Below, piece after piece: positions 47,606 to 57,430 of a stretch of 64,000 bases of DNA. The notes below the pieces were generated by a model. That model was not told the origin of the DNA. It worked only from the letters and a program-made list of their open reading frames with translations, and made no database searches. Source of the DNA: an uncultured Bifidobacteriaceae bacterium (GTDB lineage: Bacteria > Bacteroidota > Bacteroidia > UKL13-3); NCBI GenBank assembly GCA_964535575.1, contig CAZHTC010000003.1, forward strand, positions 112,640 through 176,639, given 5' to 3'. The position numbers and the translations under genes are program-made. Numbering within the stretch: the stretch's first letter is position 1; each line of letters opens with the position of its first letter.

Positions 47606-48862
47606 ATGAAACGATTTTTACTGCTTCTTTTCAGTATTTCATGGGTGAGCTTAAAAGCCAATTATGTTTTTATTCCCATGGACGAAAGCCAGAAAAATCA
47701 TTTAAAATCATATGGTGTGGCTTATTGGGTGCTGGGTAAAGATGCTGAGGTGGAGTGGTTGCTTAATTACAGGGGCGGCAGTTTCGCTTTTATTTATACT
47801 CCCACTTTCGAGAAGGAATGTCTGGTGCGTGGCATAACTTATCAGGTAATAAATGATAGTAAAATGCAAAGCATTCGCAATGAAATTGCCCTTCCTGAAG
47901 TAAATATGGAAGTAGTAAAATTGCAAAAGGCTCCCAAAATTGCCGTGTATTCCCCAAAAACCAAACAACCCTGGGACGATGCCGTTACCCTGGTACTTAC
48001 CTATGCCGAAATTCCGTACGAAGTGGTTTTTGATGATGAAGTGCTGAGTGGCAAGCTACCCACTTACGATTGGCTTCATCTCCATCACGAGGATTTTACC
48101 GGGCAATATGGAAAATTCTGGAGTGCCTTTCAAAATGCGGCCTGGTATAAAGCCGAAGTGCGTGAATCGGAAAACATGGCAGCCAAATATGGGTTTGCCA
48201 AGGTATCGGAAATGAAATTGGCCGTAGCCAAAAAAATTAAAGAGTATACCATAGGCGGAGGTTTTTTGTTTGCCATGTGTTCGGCAACCGACACCTATGA
48301 TATTTCACTTGCAGCTGATGGAACGGATATTTGCGATGTGCCTTTTGATAACGATCCACCCGACCCGAATGCGCTGGGTAAATTAAACTACGATAATTGT
48401 TTTGCCTTTAAAAATTTTGCCATCACCACCAATCCGTATGAGTACGAACATTCCAATATTGACATGACTTACCAGCGGGGAATGGTGGGAGAGGAGAATG
48501 ATATGTTTGTTTTATTTGATTTCTCGGCCAAGTGGGATGTGGTGCCCACCATGCTTTGTCAGGATCATACCCGGGTGGTAAAAGGATTTATGGGGCAAAC
48601 CACTTCTTTCAATAAAAAAACAATTAAAAGCGAGGTGCTCATTATGGGAGAAAATAAAGGATTAGGCGAGGCTCGTTACATTCACGGTACTTACGGCAAA
48701 GGCACCTGGACTTTTTTTGGCGGCCACGATCCAGAGGATTATGAACATCGGGTGGGCGAACCCCCAACCGATTTGGCATTGCATCCAAACTCTCCCGGTT
48801 ACAGATTAATTCTGAATAATATTTTGTTCCCTTCGGCAAAAAAGAAAAAGCTGAAAACCTAA
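47606..48862 (+). CDS. Secreted hypothetical protein
   Basis: Signal peptide, 418 aa. No confident motif, though a class-I glutamine-amidotransferase-like fold is possible. Confidence 0.35.
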   Translation: MKRFLLLLFSISWVSLKANYVFIPMDESQKNHLKSYGVAYWVLGKDAEVEWLLNYRGGSFAFIYTPTFEKECLVRGITYQVINDSKMQSIRNEIALPEVNMEVVKLQKAPKIAVYSPKTKQPWDDAVTLVLTYAEIPYEVVFDDEVLSGKLPTYDWLHLHHEDFTGQYGKFWSAFQNAAWYKAEVRESENMAAKYGFAKVSEMKLAVAKKIKEYTIGGGFLFAMCSATDTYDISLAADGTDICDVPFDNDPPDPNALGKLNYDNCFAFKNFAITTNPYEYEHSNIDMTYQRGMVGEENDMFVLFDFSAKWDVVPTMLCQDHTRVVKGFMGQTTSFNKKTIKSEVLIMGENKGLGEARYIHGTYGKGTWTFFGGHDPEDYEHRVGEPPTDLALHPNSPGYRLILNNILFPSAKKKKLKT

Positions 48863-50754
48863 TCAAACATCCTCCATCGAATTCCCAAACGGAAGGAACG
48901 ATAGGGCAAAGGTTGGTGAGGGCTGCTGTAAGAGTTGTTCCCGCTTAAATCGGCATTTGCATGATCAAATTTAAAAAACAGGATGGCCCGTTTTAACTGC
49001 ATATTGAAAAACACATCTACAATGGGGTAATTTCCGGTTTTTACTGAATTTTGTAATTGAAACTGCCGGGTAACCGGATTAAATTCTTTAGCATAATAAG
49101 CCGTAAAAAATGAAACATCTACGCCAAGCTGAGCCAGTAATACTTTTTTAAACAAGCGTTTTTCATAATAGAACCGTTCAAAAATTCCAAACTCGGGTAA
49201 ACGCATCACCTCTTTATTGTCGGTGTGCTGATACCAAAGCTGGTTGTGCAAAAAGAAATGGCCGAATTGAAAACTTTTGGCAAGTGAAATCCCTATAATT
49301 TGTACTGCTTTAGCCGATTGGAATGGCAATGCGGTAGTATCAAAATAAACTAAACGGTTGAGTGAAGTGAGTGAGCCACTCAGTTTCCATCCGCTCTTTT
49401 TTTGTTCAGAAACAGTTGCCGATAAATGCATGGTTTGGGTTTTCTTAAACTGATTGTCCCAAACATAATGATTCGATAAAAAGTGATTGGTTAAGTAATC
49501 CTGTTCTTTTTGCTGAAAGAGTGTATTCAGGGAGAATAAGAATTTACTGAGGTTGTAATATAGAACAGGATTAACATAATAATCTCCCTTATTGTACCCG
49601 GTGAGGCAATACGATGCATCGATAGAAGGGAAAAATTTGCCCGGCACCGTGTTTAACCACGGAAGAATACTCACGGCTGCTAGTACATTATTTATTTTTA
49701 CATTATTTACCCGCTGGGCAATTTCAATGTATTGGTGCCTTAACGTGAAATAGGAAGTGTATTTTTCGCTGATAGAATCTTTAGTGAACAACCCTTTAAA
49801 CAACGTTACACTATTTTGCAGCATAAACTGGTGTAGCGAATCGTACGTTTGAGTTGTATCGAAATAAAAGGCCGGATAGAAATCTTTATTCAGCAAATTT
49901 TTGTCTTTGTACAAAAAGGAAAATCGCTCTACATCTACCGTGTGTTTAATACCTGCCCGTTGTGTAAATTGCTTTGAAGTATCATTTCCGATTATTATGG
50001 TCCGGTATTTCCCAAAGTACCAGTATTGGGCTAGGTGAAAAGAGGTATTGCGAAATAAGTTTCTCGGGCCCCCGCTGCCATCAGTGCCGTTTCCCAGCAG
50101 GTTTACGCCCACCTGTTTGTTGGCTCCGGATAATGCCTCGTATGAGGAATCCTGAATAAGGCCTCCGTTCATTTCTGCATATCCCTTGTTCCAGATAAGG
50201 CTATTGAGCAGTACATACCGTTCGTTTTTCGATTCGTAGCTGCTGAACACCCTGGTGCTCCATATGCTCGTCTTTTGATTTACGTAATAACCCAGTGAGC
50301 TTATTCTTCTGAAATCAACACCAATATTCCAGCGTTTTGAAACATTTTTGGTAAGTAACAAATCAAGAAATAACAATTCTTTACTTCCCTGAACATACTG
50401 TATATCGGTATAAGGTTTTTGGGCTTTATAAAAACGGGTATCTTCACTGCGTTTGTAGTACTGTTGCATGGCACCGGTACCCAATTGAAAACCATTATCG
50501 GCAGTTGGATTAAAAAGGAGTGGTTGCGCAGGCGAACCAATATTGCCAAGGTCCTGATACAGCCGGTATTTCTTTACCATCGGGTTGTAAAGTTCGGCTT
50601 CAAACAGTGATGTGTCTATACTGCGATGCCGGAACCCGGTTAAGAAGTCGTGTTCCATTTTGTACTGTGGGGCAGCCCGGCCCGATAAACTGTCTTGAGC
50701 CAGCACAGGTGCTGCACTCAGGAAAAAGATAAAAAGAAGGGTAACTAAACGCAT
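48859..50754 (-). CDS. Putative outer-membrane porin-like beta-barrel protein
   Basis: Signal peptide. 631 aa, rich in Y/N/F with alternating strands. It ends in Phe (RWRMFD-like barrel closure). Confidence 0.4.
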   Translation of the reverse strand: MRLVTLLFIFFLSAAPVLAQDSLSGRAAPQYKMEHDFLTGFRHRSIDTSLFEAELYNPMVKKYRLYQDLGNIGSPAQPLLFNPTADNGFQLGTGAMQQYYKRSEDTRFYKAQKPYTDIQYVQGSKELLFLDLLLTKNVSKRWNIGVDFRRISSLGYYVNQKTSIWSTRVFSSYESKNERYVLLNSLIWNKGYAEMNGGLIQDSSYEALSGANKQVGVNLLGNGTDGSGGPRNLFRNTSFHLAQYWYFGKYRTIIIGNDTSKQFTQRAGIKHTVDVERFSFLYKDKNLLNKDFYPAFYFDTTQTYDSLHQFMLQNSVTLFKGLFTKDSISEKYTSYFTLRHQYIEIAQRVNNVKINNVLAAVSILPWLNTVPGKFFPSIDASYCLTGYNKGDYYVNPVLYYNLSKFLFSLNTLFQQKEQDYLTNHFLSNHYVWDNQFKKTQTMHLSATVSEQKKSGWKLSGSLTSLNRLVYFDTTALPFQSAKAVQIIGISLAKSFQFGHFFLHNQLWYQHTDNKEVMRLPEFGIFERFYYEKRLFKKVLLAQLGVDVSFFTAYYAKEFNPVTRQFQLQNSVKTGNYPIVDVFFNMQLKRAILFFKFDHANADLSGNNSYSSPHQPLPYRSFRLGIRWRMFD

Positions 50755-50797
50755 GCCTTTACCGCAAATATGCTGATAAAGGCTGAGACCAGAAAAT

Positions 50798-52156
50798 CTA
50801 ACGCTTGAGGAGTTTCAGTGTTTGGCTTCCGTTTTCATTCTCAATACGTAAAAAATAAAACCCGGAAGAAAGGAAATCTAATAGAAGCTCACTTTGGACA
50901 GGTAATTCATAAGCCGACCGATAAACTACCTGTCCGGAAATATTGGATATGGAAACAAACGAAGGGTAATTGCTGACAAGTGTTATTTGGCTGGTAAAAG
51001 GATTGGGAAATACTGAAGCAGTTTGCGTTTTTACTTTAGCCACAGCCGTATTGGTATCAACTTTAAGAATGAATAAACCATTGGCCATATCTGATGCCAG
51101 CACATTTCCCGATGGCAGGTAAGGATATACTCCCCAACAACCGAAAAGGCCACTGTAATCTCCGTTATTGTTGTAGGTATCAAACCATGCAGCTGCTTTT
51201 ACCGAATCGGGGTTGCTTACATCAAATGCATATACTCCATCGTGGTAATACGAAACCCAAAGAAACGGGAAGGTAAAATATGGCTTGTGCGCTACGGCCG
51301 GTGTTGACGAACGAAATATATCGGTTATTGAAAGATTGGTTACACCTTTTATGGCAGCCAGTTTTACTCCGCTCCCCGAACTTTCATCGGTAAAACTTAA
51401 CAGGCGGTGCACCGGGTCGAAAGCAGCTGAGTGATTAAATCCTTTTTCAGGGTAATCGGCCAGGGCTTTTATTAAAACCGGAGCCGATGCATTCTGGTAG
51501 TTAAAAATATAAAGTCCGCTGGTTCCGGTGCTGCAATAAAGCGTATCCCGCCATGAAAACGCATAATGTACAAAAGTAAATGATGATGGCGGAGGAGTAA
51601 GGTTACCCAGCCATTGGGGAACTTCGGGGTTGCCAAGTGAAAGTACTGTGGCGGCATACATAACCACCTGATTCAGGTCATTGTCCATTCGCTCGGTATT
51701 GCACAGGTAAAGTCTTTTCGAAAAAGTATCGATACACAGGGTATGTGCGCGAATACAGAGGCTGTCATGATCGTAAACTTTGTGAACCGAATCGGGGAGG
51801 TATTGCAAATCAAAAATCTGAAGTGAAGAATTTCCCTGTCCGGCTGCAGCATATGCATAATGACCGAACGTAACTATATCCCTGTTTCGGCAACCAGCCA
51901 TTTTGCCTGCTTCAGCATCGCATACCACCGGAGCAGTTGGGTTAGTTACATCAATAAAATAAACCGAATCGATGCTGCAAAGCAGGGCATATTCTTTATG
52001 TTTCACTTCATCGTAGTAGCCATAAACTTCGTTGTACTGTTGGTTGCCCTGCACATTCAGGTTATCATTATCCCATCGGGCCAGTTGCACCATTCTAAAC
52101 GATGACTGCCCGAAGAGGCCAAAAGGAATCAACAGAAGTACCCAAACCCGAATCAC
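50798..52156 (-). CDS. LVIVD-repeat (choice-of-anchor-B-like) beta-propeller protein with a T9SS C-terminal domain
   Basis: Repeated motifs ...SLQIFDL, ...VVMYAAT, ...GVYAFDVSNP, ...GLFILKVD. The C-terminal CTD reads SGFYFLRIENENGSQTLKLLKR. GTG start. Confidence 0.5.
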   Translation of the reverse strand: MIRVWVLLLIPFGLFGQSSFRMVQLARWDNDNLNVQGNQQYNEVYGYYDEVKHKEYALLCSIDSVYFIDVTNPTAPVVCDAEAGKMAGCRNRDIVTFGHYAYAAAGQGNSSLQIFDLQYLPDSVHKVYDHDSLCIRAHTLCIDTFSKRLYLCNTERMDNDLNQVVMYAATVLSLGNPEVPQWLGNLTPPPSSFTFVHYAFSWRDTLYCSTGTSGLYIFNYQNASAPVLIKALADYPEKGFNHSAAFDPVHRLLSFTDESSGSGVKLAAIKGVTNLSITDIFRSSTPAVAHKPYFTFPFLWVSYYHDGVYAFDVSNPDSVKAAAWFDTYNNNGDYSGLFGCWGVYPYLPSGNVLASDMANGLFILKVDTNTAVAKVKTQTASVFPNPFTSQITLVSNYPSFVSISNISGQVVYRSAYELPVQSELLLDFLSSGFYFLRIENENGSQTLKLLKR

Positions 52157-52317
52157 TACACTAAGGTACGGAATTTTTCAGGAACTGCAGTGCAGCATGA
52201 CTGAAACAATTTTTAATGACTGATGAATTACGTTGGTTCCGGATTTTAAACGGTTATTTTTTATGTAAAAAATTGTTGTGCGAAGTATTAAATCTTTTCG
52301 CACATTTGCACCCGCTT

Positions 52318-52719
52318 ATGTTATACGTTAAAAAATCAAAGATACCTAAATCGGGCAAGGGCCTTTTCACTGATGCTCTTATTAAACGCGGGGAGATAGT
52401 TTGTGAGTATGAGGGCGAAAAACTCACTTGGAAAGAATGTGAGGCACGCAATGCAACTATGCCCGGCAAACAGAAGGGCGCTTACTATTTTTTCATCAAC
52501 AATAAAAATTGTGTGGATGCCGCTGCGGCAATTGATACTTTTGGTCGCTATGCCAATGATGCTGCCGGGCCAAGCCGTATTTCGGGGATACGTAATAATG
52601 CCCGTTATGAAGTGATAAAAGGCAAACCCTATATTGTTGCGAGCCGCACCATTAGGCCGGGAGAAGAAATTCTGGTTGGTTACGGAAAGGATTACTGGGA
52701 AACCATGCTCGAAAATTAA
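52318..52719 (+). CDS. SET-domain protein (putative protein-lysine methyltransferase)
   Basis: KSGKGLFTDALIKRGEIVCEYEGEKLT is the SET N-region with a GxG-like start. GRYANDAAGPS sits in the NHS position. GEEILVGYGKDYW resembles the GEELT-DY C-terminal motif. The start was chosen at the internal ATG at 52318. Confidence 0.55.
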   Translation: MLYVKKSKIPKSGKGLFTDALIKRGEIVCEYEGEKLTWKECEARNATMPGKQKGAYYFFINNKNCVDAAAAIDTFGRYANDAAGPSRISGIRNNARYEVIKGKPYIVASRTIRPGEEILVGYGKDYWETMLEN

Positions 52720-53384
52720 TTTCCGCTTAGGGAAATTTTCCGGCACGCTATTAATTGGGTTCCTGCCGACACCCGTACAATATACACTCCGTTAAACAAC
52801 AGAGTTAAATCAATTACCTGCGTTCCACGGTCAAGGGCTGCCTCAAAAACCCTGCGTCCGGTGAGGTCGAAAACCTGAACCGTAGCGGCTGGTGTATTGG
52901 GTTGAATAATTAGTTTGTTTCCTGCCTGTACAAACCCGTTGATTGATGCAATGGCAGGTGCCGAAACTCCGGCTGCAATATTACAAACCAGTTCAAACGT
53001 CACGGTATCGGCATGTTCAGGATCTCCAACGGCATAAATGCGGTATTTTATTATTGAAGTTCCTTCTATTTTATTGGTGAGCGTATGTATTTTAATAAAT
53101 GCCTCTTCGTTTATCTGTAGGTTTTTCCATTCGCCTGAATCCGGCAGGCCGGGCATGCAATTTCCGTTATTGCAAAAATTAAGTTCCCAACCCGGATAAA
53201 TGGTTTCACTTAATTTTTGCCATTTTACATTTACCGGCAGGGTAGTATTGTTTTTATAGTAAATGGGCACATCATTAAATACCCCCGGAATCACATCATG
53301 TTTTACTTTCCCATACGGAAAACTAAGACTTTGCGCCTGAACCATGCTTGTGAGGGCGATAAAAATGAAGAGTACCTTTTTCAT
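52716..53384 (-). CDS. Small secreted protein with a T9SS C-terminal domain
   Basis: Signal peptide. The C-terminal region FNGVYIVRVSAGTQLIACRKISL is CTD-like. Confidence 0.45.
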   Translation of the reverse strand: MKKVLFIFIALTSMVQAQSLSFPYGKVKHDVIPGVFNDVPIYYKNNTTLPVNVKWQKLSETIYPGWELNFCNNGNCMPGLPDSGEWKNLQINEEAFIKIHTLTNKIEGTSIIKYRIYAVGDPEHADTVTFELVCNIAAGVSAPAIASINGFVQAGNKLIIQPNTPAATVQVFDLTGRRVFEAALDRGTQVIDLTLLFNGVYIVRVSAGTQLIACRKISLSGN

Positions 53385-53459
53385 GACCTATGCTTTCGTT
53401 CAACAAAATTAAGTGAATAAATAGGAAAGCACAGCTATAATTTGATTTTATTTGCATCA

Positions 53460-55382
53460 ATGAAACAAAAAGCGTGGTTGTTGTTGTGGTTTATTCCATT
53501 GGCCATTAGGGCTCAGGTGGGGCAACAACTCATTGAGCTCACAGAAACCGAATCCAAACAATTGGTCTATACAACCGCTTACAAAACCAATGCGGCCTCC
53601 CAAAATTACGATGTGCACTATTACCGCCTGCATGTTTACCTCGACCCCCGTGTATGGTATATAAAAGGAAATATGGCTTTGCATTTCAGTACCGGTCAGA
53701 GTTCTTTTCAGCAACTGGAATTGGATTATGCCTTAGCCATGCTTATTGATTCGGTGCATTACCACGGATCGGCCTGTACCTACACCCATGCAGGAGATGT
53801 GATTACCATCACTCTTCCGACTGCGTTAAATAAGGGAATTAACGACTCGGTGCAGGTTTTTTTCAGGGGAATTCCGGCCAACACAGGTCTGGGTTCGTTT
53901 TCGGCTGCCCCGCATAGCAGTGGTGACGTGATATGGACTTTGTCGCAACCCTATGGTTCACGAGAGTGGTGGCCGAATAAAATGACATTAGACGACAAAG
54001 CCGATTCACTTGATGTGTACATTACCTCTCCTCAACAATACCGCGGTGCTTCTAACGGACTGTTGGTGATGGATACGGTTGTCGACACCCTGCGTACAGT
54101 ACACTGGAGACACCGTTACCCCATTGCGGCATATCTTATTGCAGTAGCAGCAAGTAATTATGCCGTGTACCGCGATTATTGGGTGCACAATAACGACAGT
54201 CTGGAAATTCTCAATTATGTGTACCCGCATTCGCTAGCCCAGGCACAGCAGCAAACGCCTTATACAGCTACCTGCATGGAGTTATACAATAACCTGTTTG
54301 AGGACTATCCTTTCCGAAAGGAGAAATACGGACATGCACAGTTTGGCCGCGGGGGTGGAATGGAACATCAAACCATGAGTTTTATGGGTGGTTTTGGCGA
54401 AGACCTTATTGCTCATGAACTCGCCCATCAGTGGTTTGGAGATAAACTAACCTGCGGCTCATGGCGCGATATATGGCTAAACGAAGGTTTTGCTACTTAC
54501 CTTACCGGGCTCACGTATGAAAATCTGAAACACGATTCTTTATGGATGAAATGGAAACGTACCGTGATAGACAATGTGTGCAGTCAGACGTATGGTTCGG
54601 TTTATCCCGATGATACCACTGCTCCGTTTGTGTTATTCGATAGCAGGCTCACTTATAACAAAGGCGCTTTTGTGTTGCATATGCTCCGGCAAAATATGGG
54701 CGATGCCGATTTTTTTGCAGGAGTAAAAAATTATTTGAAAGACACAGTAATGGCTTATGGCTTCAGCTCAACGGCCAGGTTCAAACAGCATTTGGAGCAG
54801 GCAGGTGGTAAAACCCTCACTGCTTTTTTCGATCAGTGGTATTATAAGGAAGGTTACCCTTCCTACACAACTACGTGGCTGCAAGGTGATGATAAAGTTT
54901 ACCTAAAGGTAAATCAGGTAACCTCGCATCCATCGGTATCCTTTTTTACCGCTCCGTTGCAATATTTGCTAATTGGTGCAAATGATACAATGTTGGTTAC
55001 CGCACAATCCACTGAAAATAATCAGGTATTTGTGTTTACGGTACCTTTTGTAGTGGATACAGTGGTATTTGACCCGAAGCTTAATCTGCTGTCGAAAGGA
55101 AATAAAGTTATAAGCAAAAAAGCGTTAACAGCACTGGCCGGTGGTATCATGATTTATCCCAATCCGGCCAGGGAAACGGTACGGATTGTATTTAGAAATG
55201 CACGTTTAAAGGAACCCCTGCTGGAAATTATTGATGCCACAGGAAAACAAGTGATGACCATGCAGCTTGGCAATACCCCGTTGGTATATGACCTGGATGT
55301 ACGCAACCTGGCAGCAGGCTATTATACTTTGCGGGTAAGGGCTAATGGCGAAGAACAATTGCTGCCACTGGTTAAACAATAG
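53460..55382 (+). CDS. M1-family zinc aminopeptidase with a T9SS C-terminal sorting domain
   Basis: The translation contains the gluzincin motif HELAHQWFG-x18-NEGFATY and the upstream GAMEN-like GGMEHQ. The C-terminus IYPNPARETVRI...GYYTLRVRANGEEQ is a T9SS CTD. The ATG at 53460 is preferred over the upstream TTG. Confidence 0.8.
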   Translation: MKQKAWLLLWFIPLAIRAQVGQQLIELTETESKQLVYTTAYKTNAASQNYDVHYYRLHVYLDPRVWYIKGNMALHFSTGQSSFQQLELDYALAMLIDSVHYHGSACTYTHAGDVITITLPTALNKGINDSVQVFFRGIPANTGLGSFSAAPHSSGDVIWTLSQPYGSREWWPNKMTLDDKADSLDVYITSPQQYRGASNGLLVMDTVVDTLRTVHWRHRYPIAAYLIAVAASNYAVYRDYWVHNNDSLEILNYVYPHSLAQAQQQTPYTATCMELYNNLFEDYPFRKEKYGHAQFGRGGGMEHQTMSFMGGFGEDLIAHELAHQWFGDKLTCGSWRDIWLNEGFATYLTGLTYENLKHDSLWMKWKRTVIDNVCSQTYGSVYPDDTTAPFVLFDSRLTYNKGAFVLHMLRQNMGDADFFAGVKNYLKDTVMAYGFSSTARFKQHLEQAGGKTLTAFFDQWYYKEGYPSYTTTWLQGDDKVYLKVNQVTSHPSVSFFTAPLQYLLIGANDTMLVTAQSTENNQVFVFTVPFVVDTVVFDPKLNLLSKGNKVISKKALTALAGGIMIYPNPARETVRIVFRNARLKEPLLEIIDATGKQVMTMQLGNTPLVYDLDVRNLAAGYYTLRVRANGEEQLLPLVKQ

Positions 55383-55491
55383 TTTTTCTGTTCATCTATT
55401 CAGAAGTTATTCCTTGCATAAAAATTATTTATCTTTGAGGTGGGGTGTTATGAAACGGGGATTTAAAACTGCAACGCACAATACCACTTGA

Positions 55492-56919
55492 ATGAAAATA
55501 TTACTTACTACTTGTATCGTTTGCCTGACATCATTTTTTGTACATGCCCAACTGCAGGTTTTTCATGAAGACGGCAAATACGTGTACGGCCTGAAGGACA
55601 ATAATGGAAAAGTGGTTGTTGAGCCCAAGTACGATTACCACGAGTTTATCGGAGATGGATTGATAAAATTAAGATATGAATACAACTGGACTCTGTTTGA
55701 CAGTACCGGAAAAGAAATCAATCAGTACGACAAAATTTATGATTTTGAGTACGTCAGTGATCTGGGCTGTGAATGCGCACGTGTAGATAAAAACAATAAA
55801 TCGGGGTATATAGATAAATCTGGTAAGGAAATAATAAAACCGATTTATACTATAGGGTATTTTTCCGAGGGACTTGCGGTTGTGAGTGCAGTTCATCATT
55901 TCGGGTACATCAATATCCATGGTAAACTTGTTATTGACACAATTCTTAATTACATGATGGTAGGTAATTTTAAGAATGGAATGGCGGAGGTTTTTGTGTT
56001 TGGTGTTCTATGGGATTCCAATGGTAATATTTTATCAGATGAAGCTAAAATATTCGGGTATATTGACCGGACAGGAAAAGAAGTAGTGCCTGTGAAATAT
56101 CAATCCGCTCAGGGCTACTTTAAAGATGCCGGAGACAGGTTATACATTAATGCAGGCGGGTTGCAACAGGTCTATGCCGGCTTTAAGCCTGCACAGCAGT
56201 CAGTATCTTCTTTCCGAGACGAAAACAATAAGTATGGCTTCAGGAAACAACAATTTCAGGAACAATATGGAATGTATAAAATCACTGATACTATTGTGAT
56301 CGCTGCAAAATATGATGCAGTAGAACAGAAGGTATATGATGATTTGGGAAATGAACTATTGAAGAGCGGATATTTTTTGGTGGACATCTCAGGGAAAAAA
56401 GGACTGGTTGATTCGTTGGGTAAAGAAATCACTCCTGCCAAATATGAATGGATTGATTACGGTGCCTGTGGAAATGATTATGTAAAAGTAAAACTTAACG
56501 GCAAAACAGGTTTGATTGATCAATCGGGTAAAGAGGTGATTTTGCCTGCCTATTTTGATGTGGGGATATTTTCTGAAGGGCTTGCGTGGGTGCAGCCGGA
56601 ACAAGGAGGTCATTTCGCATACGTTGACATAAAAGCCAAATTAGTTATCGACACCATTTTAAATTATGCCAGTGTACATAACTTTTCTGACGGTTTGGCC
56701 ATGGTTGAAAAAAGCGGCTTTACGGATGTAAATGGCAACTCATATTCTTTATTCGGGTATATTGATAAAACAGGAAAAGAAGTAATTCCATTAAAATATA
56801 CTTCGGCAGAAGATTTTAAAAACGGGAAAGCCAAAGTCCGGCTATTGGTAGTGGAAGGAAAGAGTGGAGAACCACCCATTGAAATGTACATAGGCAAAAA
56901 TGGGGAAGAAGTAAAATGA
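55492..56919 (+). CDS. WG-containing repeat protein (KWG/WG_beta-repeat family)
   Basis: About 9 repeats of roughly 40 aa with the pattern GKYGYID.xGKEVIPxKYD...FSEGLA.V. Confidence 0.6.
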   Translation: MKILLTTCIVCLTSFFVHAQLQVFHEDGKYVYGLKDNNGKVVVEPKYDYHEFIGDGLIKLRYEYNWTLFDSTGKEINQYDKIYDFEYVSDLGCECARVDKNNKSGYIDKSGKEIIKPIYTIGYFSEGLAVVSAVHHFGYINIHGKLVIDTILNYMMVGNFKNGMAEVFVFGVLWDSNGNILSDEAKIFGYIDRTGKEVVPVKYQSAQGYFKDAGDRLYINAGGLQQVYAGFKPAQQSVSSFRDENNKYGFRKQQFQEQYGMYKITDTIVIAAKYDAVEQKVYDDLGNELLKSGYFLVDISGKKGLVDSLGKEITPAKYEWIDYGACGNDYVKVKLNGKTGLIDQSGKEVILPAYFDVGIFSEGLAWVQPEQGGHFAYVDIKAKLVIDTILNYASVHNFSDGLAMVEKSGFTDVNGNSYSLFGYIDKTGKEVIPLKYTSAEDFKNGKAKVRLLVVEGKSGEPPIEMYIGKNGEEVK

Positions 56920-56994
56920 CACAGGAGGGCATTCTCCCTGTTATACTGAGTTTATTCGCTTTGTTGGAGGCACTGCACATCACAAACACATGCT

Positions 56995-57430
56995 GAAAAT
57001 GATCCCGTACGTACGGGAGAAGCAGTTTCTCCAAAGGAGAGCAGATGGTTTCAAACAAGGAGATCGCCACGCCATGAGTACATGGCTCGCGATGACGGTG
57101 TGTTTGGTGTTAAAAAAGAAGCGTCACTGCGAGGCACGAAGCAGTCTCCAAAGGTGAGCAGTGGTTTCAAACAAGGAGGTTGCTTCGTCATGAGTACATT
57201 CCTCGCAAAGACGGTGTGTTTTATATTTCGCAGTCCCCCAAAGAAGAGCACATGGTTTCAAACAAGGAGATCGCCACGCCATGAGTACATGGCTCCCCGA
57301 ATAAGTCGGGGCACGCGCGATGACGGTGTGTTTTGAGTTTCGTTGTTAAAAAAGGAATCGTCACTGCGAGGTACGTGGTACATCCCGTCAGTACGGGGAA
57401 GCAGTCTCCCAAACATAGCAGGTTATCACA
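56995..57430. repeat. Degenerate tandem repeat array (units of about 90-170 bp, roughly 3.5 copies) rich in perfect palindromes
   Basis: Recurring blocks are tctccaaagg, tggtttcaaacaaggag, gccatgagtacatggc, gacggtgtgtt, cgtcactgcgagg and cccgt(N4)acggg+gaagcag. Palindromes lie at 57004-57017, 57071-57086, 57278-57293, 57295-57311 and 57384-57397. Confidence 0.8.

Noticed and set aside
57056-57076. AAGGAG motifs as Shine-Dalgarno sites for the mini-ORFs
   Set aside because: Bacteroidetes largely lack SD-mediated initiation. The motif is part of the repeat consensus and may be coincidental.
57082-57336. 84-aa ORF spanning the repeat array
   Set aside because: The long ORF is created by read-through across repeat units (RDDGVF recurs). 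Only the short ATG-initiated mini-ORFs are retained as a hypothesis in the findings.
56995-57430. CRISPR array interpretation of the repeat region
   Set aside because: There are no equal-length unique spacers. Repeats are contiguous, degenerate and of variable length. No cas genes lie nearby.
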